Shown here one piece after another: positions 32,888 through 44,207 of a stretch of DNA of 64,000 nt. The notes under the pieces were generated by a model. It was not told where the DNA came from, did no database searches, and saw only the letters and a program-made list of their open reading frames with translations. Origin of the DNA: Macrostomum lignano. Taxonomy: Eukaryota. The stretch covers positions 744,001 through 808,000 of the forward strand of contig NIVC01000001.1 of the NCBI GenBank assembly GCA_002269645.1, written 5' to 3'. Each line of letters begins with the position of its first letter. The first letter of the stretch is position 1. Position numbers and translations under genes: made by a program.

Positions 32888-35800
32888 ACTAGCAATCTAC
32901 GCCACCCGTTGGGGAGCCAAAGAAATGCAATCGCTACACGTTTTTTTAATAAGCTACATGTATCCTTAAAATCTTAAAAAATCTCCTGTCAAACCTTGTA
33001 AGCCTTGACATGTCAGTAATTCCCCACCACAAGCTTTAACATATCAACTCCCCCCTTGACATCTCAGCAATGCCCCCAATAAGCCTTGGAAATCTAAAAA
33101 TATCTGTCAACCTTCTAACCCTAACCCTAACCCTAACCCTAACCCTAAAGCATTGAAATTTCAGTAATTCTCTCTAAGAGTCATTATAGCACTGCTACAG
33201 CATTATAGCGATTTCCTGCAAGCCTCGACATCGTAGGGATTCCCAAATGAATCTCTTAACTTCGACATGAAGCTTCTTTTATTTTTTACATTACGCTTTT
33301 TTTATCAGCGATCCCTCCCCTGAGGAGGCATCAAATAATGTAATAAAAAGTTTTCAATAAACTTTACATGATTGTTTACATGTAGCTTCTGACTTTAGCT
33401 TTGAAATCTCATTTATACCCCCGTGAGCCTTGACATCTCAGCTATTCCCCCGTAAGCCTTGACATGTCAGCGATGGCCTCCATAAACCTTGAAATCTGAA
33501 AAATCCCCCGTTAACCTTGAAACCCGATAAAATATAACCCTCAACCCACACCTGACCTAAACCTAACTTTAACCCAACCTAAAGCCTTGAATCTCAGCAA
33601 TTCTTCTCCCCTAAGCCTTGACATTTTAGTGATTCCTTCTTTAAGAATCACAGCACTGTAACGATTCCCTCCAAGCTTTGACATCATAGCAATTCCCAAA
33701 TGAATCTTTTAACTTCGACATGACTTTTCTTTTATGTATACATAGTGCTACTTTTATTTTTTACATGACTCTTCTTCTATCAGCGACCCCCCCGTGGCGA
33801 GCCAACAAAGAATGTAATAAAAAAATTGAGTAAAGTACATGAACTTTGAAGTAGCTTCTGACTTTTGCTTTGACATCTCAGCAACCCCCCCCGTAATCTC
33901 AGTTATTCTCTGAGAGCCTTAACGTCTCAGTTTTTCTCCCCAGCACAGCATTATAGCTGCATTTATTTTTACATGACACCCTTCATGTCTGACATGACGC
34001 TTCTTTTATTCTACCATGATGCTTCTTAATTTTTTAAATGACACTTTCCTTAGTTTTTAAATGAGGCTTCTATGATTTTTTCATGACGCTTCTATGATTT
34101 TAACATGACGCTTCTATGACTTTTTTTACATGACGCTTCTATGATTTTTTCTTGACGCTTCTATAATTTTTACATGACGCTTCTATGATTTTTTACATGA
34201 CGCTTCTATGATTGTTTACATGACGCTTCTCTGATTGTTTACATGACGCTTCTATGATTTTTTTAAATAACGCTTTCTATGATTTTTAAATGACGCTTCT
34301 ACGATTTTTTACATGACGCTTCTATGATTGTTTACATGACGCTTCTATGATTTTTTACATGACGCTTCTATGATTTTTACATGACGCTTCTATGATTGTT
34401 TACATGACGCTTCTATGATTGTTTACATGACGCTTCTATGATTCATTACATGACGCTTCTATGATTTTTTACATGACGCTTCTATGATTGTTTACATGAC
34501 GCTTCTATGATTGTTTACATGACGCTTCTATGATTGTTTACATGACGCATCTATGATTTTTATATGACGCATCTATGATTTTTATATGACGCTTCTATGA
34601 TTTTTACATGACGCTTCTATGATTGTTTACATGACGCTTCTATGATTTTTTACATGGCGCTTCTATGATTGTTTACATGACGCTTCTATGATTGTTTCAT
34701 GACGCTTCTATGATTGTTTACATGACGCTTCTATGATTGTTTCATGACGCTTCTATGATTGTTTACATGACGCTTCTATGATTTTTATATGACGCTTCTA
34801 TGATTGTTTACATGACCCTTCTATGATTTTTTATATGACGCTTCTATCATTTTTACATAACGCTTCTATGATTTTTATATGACGCTTCTATGATTGTTTA
34901 CATGATGCTTCTATGATTTTTACATGGCGCTTCTATGATTGTTTACATGACGCTTCTATGATTGTTTACATGACGCTTCTAGGATTGTTTACATGACGCT
35001 TCTATGATTGTTTACATGACGCTTCTAGGATTGTTTACATAACGCTTCTAGGATTGTTTACATGACGCTTCTATGATTGTTTACATGACGCTTCTATGAT
35101 TGTTTCATGACGCTTCTATGATTGTTTACATGACGCTTCAAGGATTTTTTACATGACGCTTCTACGATTTTGGCAGGATGATTCTATGATTTTACATGAC
35201 GCTTCTATGATTTTTACATGACGCTTCTATGATTTTTTACATGACGCTTCTACGATTTTGGCAGGACGATTCTACGATTTTACATGACGCTTCTATGATT
35301 TTTACATGACGCTTCTATGATTTTACATGACGCTTCTATGATTTTTACATGACGCTTCTACGATTTTTACATGACGCTTTTATGATTTTTTACATGACGC
35401 TTCTATGATTGTTTCATGACGCTTCTATGATTTTTACATGACGCTTCTATGATTGTTTACATTCTTCTATGCTTGTTTACATGACGCTTCTATGATTGTT
35501 TAAATGACGCTTGAATGATTGTTTCATGACGCTTCTATGATTGTTTACATGACGCTTTTATGATTTTTACATGGCGCTTTTATGATTGTTTACATGACGC
35601 TTCTATGATTGTTTACATGACGCTTCTATGATTTTTACATGACGTTTCTATGATTGTTTCATGACGCTTCTATGATTGTTTACATGACGCTTGTATGATT
35701 GTTTACATGACGCTTCTATGATTGTTTACATGGCGCTTCTATGATTGTTTACATGACGCTTCTATGATTGTTTCATGACGCTTCTATGATTGTTTACATG

Positions 35801-37570
35801 ACGCTTCTATGATTTTGACATGACGCTTCTATGATTGTTTACATGACGCTTCTATGATTTTTACATGACGCTTCTATGCTTGTTTACATGACGCTTCTAT
35901 GATTGTTTAAATGGCGCTTGAATGATTGTTTACATGACGCTTCTATGATTGTTTACATTCTTCTATGCTTGTTTACATGACGCTTCTATGATTGTTTAAA
36001 TGACGCTTGAATGATTGTTTACATGACGCTTCTATGATTGTTTACATTCTTCTATGATTGTTTACATGACGCTTCTATGATTGTTTAAATGACGCTTGAA
36101 TGATTGTTTACATGACGCTTTTATGATTTTTACTTGGCGCTTCTATGATTGTTTACATGACGCTTCTATGATTGTTTACATGACGCTTCTAGGATTGTTT
36201 ACATGACGCTTCTATGATTGTTTACATGACGCTTGTATGATTGTTTACATGACGCTTCTAGGATTGTTTACATGACGCTTCTATGATTGTTTACATGACG
36301 CTTCTATGATTGTTTCATGACGCTTCTATGATTGTTTACATGACGCTTCAAGGATTTTTTACATGACGCTTCTACGATTTTGGCAGGACGATTCTATGAT
36401 TTTACATGACGCTTCTATGATTTTTACATGTCGCTTTTATGATTTTTACATGGCGCTTCTATGATTGTTTACATGACGCTTCTATGATTGTTTACATGAC
36501 GCTTCTATGATTTTTACATGACGCTTCTATGATTGTTTCATGACGCTTCTATGATTGTTTACATGACGCTTCTATGATTTTTACATGACGCTTCTATGAT
36601 TGTTTATATGACGCTTCTATGATTGTTTACATGACGCTTCTACGATTTTGGCAGGACGATTCTATGATTTTACATGACGCTTCTATGATTGTTTACATGA
36701 CGCTTCTATGATTTTGACATGACGCTTCTATGATTGTTTACATGACGCTTCTATGATTGTTTACATGACGCTTCTATGATTTTTACATGGCGCTTCTATG
36801 ATTGTTTACATGACGCTTCTATGATTGTTTACATGACGCTTCTATGATTTTTATACGATGCTTCTATGATTTTTAAATGACGCATCTATGATTTTTATAT
36901 GACGCTTCTATGATTTTTACATGACGCTTCTTTTTAAAAAGTCTTTTAGTTTTCCTGACGTTAAAAAGCTTTAATTGAAAAAATTATATTCTATGAAAAT
37001 TCGAACCATCGTCGCATCAAATTTTGCACATATATATATATATAATTCAACAGTTTAAAATCCAAGCATAGAGTAAATCACACGAAGCAGTTATGACATA
37101 ATCAGTTTCTCAGTCAGTCAGTATCGGTCCAGCCATTTTTTCTCTAATCTATCACATATATATATATAGACATCACATTTTTAGTATATAGGATATGGTT
37201 ACGCAATTTAAATCAAGTCTGGTGCTAGGCTTCCACACTGCATTTTCAATTCAAGTCGGAGTTACAATTCAGTTATGATGCAATCTATTTCAGAATCAGA
37301 ATTCAACCAGTCAGTTTTTTCTCTAGCATTCTTACAATGCATTTCAAGTCAAAAAGTTTGCTTGACCTTTGCAAAAAAGCATGTTTTTCGAATATTTAAT
37401 GCCTCTAGCATTGAGCAATTTCTTAGCCACGATGCATGTACCGTCACGGGAAAATTTCTGATCGAACAGTGCAAGTTCGAACAAAATCGGTCCAGCCATT
37501 TTTTCTCTAATCGATCACATAGATAGATAGATAGATAGATAGACACAGACAGACCATTTTTAGTATATAG
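32888..37570 (+). mobile_element. Non-autonomous Helitron/HINE (DINE-1/Lep1-like) element, copy 1, with internal (TAACCC)5 and a ~2.9 kb satellite
   Basis: Starts ACTAGCAATCTACGCC, the same start as the copy at 55866. Ends in aaaatcggtccagcc...(ATAG)n...gacagac...ttttagtatatag, and this end occurs twice (~37191 and ~37570). An internal duplication lies at ~33290-33780. The superfamily call rests on remembered terminal style of Lep1/HINE elements. Confidence 0.6.
34050..36930. repeat. 21-22 bp satellite (catgacgcttctatgattgttta) inside the Helitron-like element, copy 1
   Basis: Direct tandem repetition with degenerate proto-units at the left edge (~33990-34060). Confidence 0.97.
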
Positions 37571-37681
37571 GACGTTCTATATAGTACTTTTAAAAAGCAG
37601 TAGACTGCAAAAAGTATCGAAACAGTTGATTCTACGTTAAGCTGTACTCGTAACTTTGCTGAATAAGAATCTCCCTCCAAG

Positions 37682-37941
37682 CAGTGGCGTAGCCAGGAAT
37701 ATCAATTGGGGGGGGGCGGGTTGGCCTGGTTGGCCATGCCTTATGCCATTGCCACTTTCGGCGCCGCAGGCACTCATTTTGGCGCCGCAGGCACTCATTT
37801 TGGCGCCGCAGGCACTCATTTTAGCGCCGCAGGCACTCATTTTAGCGCCGCAGGCACTTAATTGCCTCCAGGTTTTTGGTATCCACCGCGTCCAACCCCA
37901 CCCCCAGGCGATTGGGCCCCCCCCCCCTGGCCACGCCACTG
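37682..37941. mobile_element. hAT-type MITE with five internal 21-bp repeats
   Basis: TIRs CAGTGGCGTAGCCAGG / CCTGGCCACGCCACTG; 8-bp flanks cctccaag / cctccaac (7/8 match). Confidence 0.8.
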
Positions 37942-38394
37942 CCTCCAACAGCGGAATAAACGCGCGTACGAATTCAAATGTTTCTAAGAAATGGTTTTTA
38001 AAAGAGCTTGTCCCGGTGTTGGACTACGAAAATGCTAATCGACTGACTGTACATGATATTTGCACTTGCAGTTTTTGCCAATTGTATATGCACCTGACTT
38101 TTGTATACATGCACTTGATATATTTAATACGACTGCAAAATAGCAATAGATAAATAATCTTATAATAATTAACTATAAATGTACCAAGAAGCATGCAATC
38201 TGTTTGTTGCATTCTTTCAATTTTTTTACTTTGACAACTTCTGCACTATCAGACCTTAAAATTTAATTTAGCAATAATAACAATCGATTACACCTGCCCC
38301 AATGGGCAGATGTGCAACCGACAGCTCAGCCGCAGCTATTGAGCGGAGCATCTGAAGGCTGCGTACGGCTGTTCAGTCCAAAGACTGGAAGGTC

Positions 38395-38576
38395 GCCACA
38401 CACACCCTCAATTACCCCAGCTAATTCTGGCACCCATTTTACAGCAGGGTGAACTGAAGCAATGCAGAGTCAAGTGTCTTGCTCAAGGTCACAAATTGTT
38501 CCAGAAGGATCGGGAATCGAACCCCCAACCTTCAAGTCGTGAGTCCGACGCTCTAACCACCGGCCGGGCTACAACC
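38395..38576 (-). mobile_element. tRNA-derived CORE-like SINE (family A, copy 2)
   Basis: Homologous to 16137-16317, with a GGTTCGATTCC B box on the - strand. Confidence 0.8.
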
Positions 38577-38923
38577 CCCTACAACCCAAACTAAGAAATT
38601 CATTTTGGCTGCAACGCCAATTGCAACGCCAATTCCACATTGCTTGCAGTTGCTTTGCTGATTCATGCAGAAAAAATTGGAACAATGAGATGGCTCAGCA
38701 GAGTCTACGCTGCTAAGTGTAGGTCTTGCATAGCAAGTGGGGCGGCTATATTGTTGTACACCGATGCAGTACGCCATAGGGGGGACAGGGGGATGGGGGG
38801 GGAGGGGAAGAGGAGAGGAAGGGGAAACGCGGACGGTCGGCAGGCAGGATGTGAAAGCGGACAGTTTGCTGCTCAAAGTGAGAACTGTTTCTCCCATTCT
38901 GCATCCTGAGCCGCTTGCAGACC

Positions 38924-41900
38924 ATGTTCCTGCTGTTGTTCAGCAAGACCAAGAGAAAGTCCTCGGACAGCAACTTGGTCGCCATGGACTCGCTATCGGA
39001 CAATCCGGAGGACCTCCTGCTGGAGCGGCGCCGCCTGTCCAAGCTGGAGAAGCGGCAGCGGGCCAGGGAGAAGAAGCGCCATCGCGAGGCCAAGAAGCTG
39101 CGGCGGCTGCATCGATCCGGCAACGGAAGCGGCTGCCGTCACCTCTGCTGCTGCCTGGGCCGCTTCCCCTGCCTTCTGCTGCTTCTGGCAGGCCTGTCCG
39201 CCTTTCTCTACTTGTACTTTTATCGTGGACTCAGCATTCACTTGGCGCTGAGTGACCGGCTGCTCGATAGGCAGATGCTCCTGCGTAAGCAGCAACAGCA
39301 GCAACTGCCGCAGCAACAGTTGTTGCCCGCAAGGTTAGCTTATCAAAGATCAATACGTTTTGGGGCTGGGGCAGCTCAGCCGTCAACGCATCCGACTCTC
39401 GCGCCGCTACCCCTAGTTCGATTAACTTGGGGCTTGTGCATGAAATGACAGGGCTTTGTCGTGCGATTAACCCATGAGGACCAACCCTCCAAGGCAAGAG
39501 TGTACCATGCTTTATGATTAGAAAATCAGAATTGCCTCAACGCTGGAGTCAGATTCGACCCCACAGATACTGGAATAACTAGATGGGCCACTCAGGCATA
39601 TATAACTTAAGTAAAACAGCTTTCTACTTTCAGTTCAGTAGCAAAGAAGAATACATAAGCTATTTTATAAAAAAGCAGCTGAAATGACTTAGATAAGTTT
39701 AGAAGCTCAAAGCTTGCAGGCGTAAAACAACTTGCTAATTGGTTCAGCAATAATGTACATTAGCCAGTCCATTGAAATGTACATGGCAGTTTTATGCTGG
39801 AATTCCGAGAAAGGCAATAAAAATTGGGGCGGGGCATTGGGGAGTAGTGTGTAAAGGCGCGGTTGGAGGGTTTCAGCTGGGGGTAAGAGGCAATAAAATG
39901 AGCCTTTGGGTTTAAAAATACATTAAAATACTTCAGTTTAACTTACTACTGAACTGAAAGTAGCTTGCAAGCAAATGCACTGACTGACCCATCATCTAGT
40001 TATTCTGAATGGCTACACCTTTTTCCATTCTATTTTGGCAAACGTGCAATCAAAGTCAAAATCTTTTCATTCAATTCAGACAGTTTATGGTATTTCTTGG
40101 CCGGACGTGCATTCAATTCCGACAAATGTGCTTTCAAAAGTGACAATTTTCAAACAAAGCAAACAAGCTACCACGAGAAACCGACACTTTGCAATCAATT
40201 CAAACAATTTGCAATCCATTCCGACAGTTGGCTATGAATTGGCTTTTTCTGTCCTCCTATCTATGGCTCATACTGCGAAATTTCCAATCAATTCCAACAA
40301 ATTTCAATCTATTTAGACAAGCTACTTTTTACTTTGGGTGGGGCCAGGGCTAAATGCCACCCGTCGAGAATGCGATATCGGCTTGGAAGGCTGCGATTAA
40401 AGTCGAGCTAGCCACAAACATCGACGCCTTTCTGAACCCCGACCAGCAAGCTCTTGCTGGACGAACCAAAGCAGCATATCGGCGTGATATGCCTTGAGGG
40501 ACAGTCACCGGAGCCAACTGCACGGCTTGGTAAAACCATTGTCTGACTTATGTACCGCGCTGCATTGCGGAAGTGCCGATTGATGGCTAAAATCTGACTG
40601 CTGAATCTTTATGAACCTCATGAACTCTGCTGACTGTTTCAGTTTTAGTTGTCCTGTTGCATTTTGAAGTATACTGTAAATGTACAGTACATGTAGTATG
40701 TACTCCAATGGCTTGTCTAAATAGATTAAAATTTGTTGCAATTGATTGGAAATTTCGCAGTATGAGCCATAGATAGGAGGACAGAAAAAGCCAATTCATA
40801 GCCAACTGTCGGAATGGATTGCAAATTGTTTGAATTGATTGCAAAGTGTCGGTTTCTCGTGGTAGCTTGTTTGCTTTGTTTGAAAATTGTCGCTTTTGAA
40901 AGCACATTTGTCGGAATTGAATGCACGTCCGGCCAAGAACTACCATAAACTGTCTGAATTGAATGAAAAGATTTTGACTTTGATTGCACGTTTGCCAAAA
41001 TAGAATGGAAAAAGGTGTAGAATTTTTCCAGTGCTTAAGTTGACTCTAACCACTTAGCAAATCTACCCAACACACAATTTCCCCATCTGCAGGCCACCTC
41101 CGGATTCTCATCTTCAAGCGGAGGCCTCGCCGCGTAGAAATTGGCGCCTGCGAAACGGTTCTTTAGTCTCCCAGAATCTGGTGCCGCATCAGTCGCCTAC
41201 TCGGGCTTCGGCGAGACAGCCAAAAATCATTCAAATGCCGAAAGGATGTCCGAGTTCGTCTTTGTCCGCGCTGTTCCTGGCCACCCGCGATCAAGCCGTC
41301 CGTGACGCGGCACCGAGTGTTGTCCGTCGGCAGCGGGAAGCTGTGCGACGATCCTGGGGCGGCCCGGCCGGATTGAAGGCCGGAGACTCCGTCGTCTTCT
41401 TAATGACTGCAGAGACTGCGAACTACGCACTGAATCAGGTGCCATTTAGGGATGGGTTGCGTTGGCTGATTAGGAATCTGATGGCTCAGTGGGGGAATGA
41501 TGACTCAGTGGGGAATCTGATGGCTCAGTGGGGAATCTGATGGTTCAGTGGTCCGGAATCTGATGGCTCAGTGGGGAATCTGATGGCTCAGTGGGGAATC
41601 TGATGGCTCAGTGGGGAATCTGATGGTTCAGTGGTCCGGAATCTGATGGCTCAGTGGGGAATCTGATGGCTCAGTGGGGAATCTGATGGCTCAGTGGGGA
41701 ATCTGATGGCTCAGTGGGGAATCTGATGGCTCAGTGGGGAATCTGATGGCTCAGTGGGGAATCTGATGGTTCAGTGGTCCGGAATCTGATGGCTCAGTGG
41801 GGAATCTGATGGCTCAGTGGGGAATCTGATGGTTCAGTGGTCCGGAATCTGATGGCTCAGTGGGGAATCTGATGGCTCAGTGGGGAATCTAATGGCTCAG

Positions 41901-42854
41901 TGGGGAATCTGATGGTTCAGTGGGGAATCTGATGGCTCAGTGGGGAATCTGATGGCTCAATCTGATGGCTCAGTGGGGAATCTGATGGCTCAGTGGGGAA
42001 TCTGATGGCTCAGTGGGGAATCTGATGGTTCAGTGGTCCGGAATCTGATGGCTCAGTGGGGAATCTGATGGCTCAGTGGGGAATCTGAGGATTCAGTGGT
42101 CCGGAATCTGATGGCTCAGTGGGGAATCTGTGGGCTCAGTGGGGAATTTGCACGCGGGATTGGGGCTCACTGAAGAGAATTATTAAATAACTAACTTCAA
42201 CAACCAACTGCTCGCGTGTAGGAGGCGAAGAAGTACGGCGACCTGATGATCATACAGTCGGCAGTCAGCAGCAACCCGAAGCTGGCGGAGCAGCAACAGC
42301 ACCTGCTGCTGTTTGCCCTGGCCAAGCTTCGGTCCCGCTGTCCGTTCGTCAGCCTCTACGGCAGGACAAACGCCGGCGTGCTGTGGAATCCGCGCCTGCT
42401 GAAGCAGCTGCTACACCTGATGCAGCGGCGCGGCCAGCTTCAAGAAAGCCTCATGCTTGGCCGAGCCGTCCGCGGTCTGTCCAAGGACTCCAGCACCGGT
42501 CTCAACGAGCGACTGGCCGCCGACCCGGGCTACCTGATGACCGGCCGCGCGCTGGACGCCCTGTTGAAGCTGGCGAGAGGCAACCGCGACGAAGGCGACG
42601 ACCACCGGCTGGACGACAGTGTCACAGACGATCGCCTGACTGGAGACCTGAGGCTCAGGGCGGGAGTCCGTCTGGCGGACCTTGGCCGGCAGCTGCGGGT
42701 GTCACGCCGGCCACCCAGGTCGTTCTGCCTGGCCCGGGCAAGACTCGCTTGGCCGGGCCTGAGCGCAGACGACATGGAGCACCAGTGGGCGAAGGTTTCA
42801 AGCAGCAGTCTGGAGTGCCCGCAGTCGGCTGCTGAGCAGCCAGACGAAGAGTAG
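38924..42854 (+). CDS. GT31 / beta-1,3-galactosyltransferase-like type II membrane protein, ~462 aa, 3 exons, DxD motif degenerate
   Basis: Exons 38924-39333, 41093-41438, 42222-42854 (1389 nt, in frame, GT-AG). N-terminal basic tail, TM CLLLLLAGLSAFLYLYFY, and family motifs RQREAVRRSWG, VVFL, EAKKYGDL, CP, GYL, DDRLTG, M..QW. Confidence 0.8.
39573..40005. mobile_element. ~430-bp MITE (copy 2), GT31 intron 1
   Basis: Homologous to 21843-22267; termini gaataactagatggg / cccatcatctagttattc. Confidence 0.8.
40016..41017. mobile_element. Non-autonomous IS630/Tc1-mariner-like element with ~310-bp TIRs and a transposase remnant
   Basis: 40016-40322 is the reverse complement of ~40705-41017, flanked by TA on both sides. 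The spacer translates to PVENAISAWKAAIK, resembling the NPIENxWSxxK C-terminal DDE motif. Confidence 0.72.
41480..42140. repeat. 20-bp minisatellite (ctgatggctcagtggggaat), GT31 intron 2
   Basis: Direct tandem repetition. Confidence 0.95.
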
Positions 42855-43439
42855 CCAAGGGCCACTATAGTAAAACAGGACGGGAAATTCAAAGGAAATT
42901 CCAGGAAATTGGCCTACAAAAATACACTGCGGAGATATGCAGATGATTGCATTTGATCTGGGCAGTGTTATATTTTATATAGCTGTGTAGTGAAAAGTTC
43001 ATATTCATATTTTATTTTTATTTCATAACATGCTGTGCATGCTAAATTTAAAGGTGGTTAATCATCACTGCCCCAGATAAAGTGCGATCATTGATTTTTT
43101 CCTATCTACGCAGTGTATTTTTTCCAGGAAATTTGCCTCCAAAGAATACGATTTTTAAGTTTTACCTTTGTTATACCATAGTGATGCCTGAGAGTAGTAT
43201 ATGTAGCTCGCGTTACAATTGAAAAATTTTCCTAGGCTTCCTTAGTTTCTGTGTTCCGCACCAACCAGTAGTCAGTAAGGGATCTGAGTACATGGCCCAC
43301 GAGGGGCGAACTTACATAAATGTGCCACCAGCCTTTTTTATTACAGACAGAGGTTGTGTGCACCCTGGCGCACTTAAAGCGACATTGTCACACAACCGGC
43401 GAGAGGCATTGCTGCATGCCCATTTTGCAGACTCCCCTG

Positions 43440-43680
43440 AGCAGGCACACAAGCGCACAGGCACACACTCACACGGGAGTGTACAGCGGCCCTAACTTTA
43501 TTTATCGTTAGGCATGTACACTTCACCGTGCCCTCGGGGTTGGCCCTCAAGGCCGTTAATTGCACGAGCAGAGCCAAGCCGAGATTCCAATTGAGCCCCC
43601 AAAATGAATGGGGCTAAATAATCAGGAATCGAGCCTGGGCCGCTGGCATATCAGAGCGCCGCGCCAGATCACTGGGCCAC
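43440..43680 (-). mobile_element. tRNA-derived SINE (family B, copy 2) between the convergent GT31 and methyltransferase genes
   Basis: Head GTGGCCCAGTG...GGCTCGATTCC at 43680; the body is homologous to 19780-19965. Confidence 0.7.
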
Positions 43681-44207
43681 AGTCGCTGTGCCACCATTCT
43701 CACTTTTGCATCTTTAAAAAGCTGTAGACATTCCTTTCTGTCTTTACAATTTCACAATATGCATAGTGAAATACTCGTAGGAACAAAAAGTACACAATGT
43801 TCGTAGGCCTTGTGCGCGACTGAGTTTAAAATTTCAATGACACTCTGCCAAATATAAAATGTAAATAAATGTTTAATAAATTGTATTTTTTAGACTTTGG
43901 AAAATCTGAGTTGTTCGCTATGAATAAAATTTACTGTAATATCTGACGCGAGAAACTACTTATTTAAGCGTTCAAGTAGTATTTTATGTGCATTAAGTTA
44001 TTTCAAATCTTTTTGAAATCCTACTATCAGTAGAACGTACAGAACAAGAAAAATATTTTTCTTTAAAGCATTTAAATTGATACATCTCGAGAAACATTAT
44101 CATAATCTTCGCAGAAGCACAGTGCATTTCTGGTAGAAATGTTTCGATTTTTATAGTTTGATTTTCGGCTCTTGTTCACAAACTATTTCGAGAGCAGCGG
44201 TGGCAGC

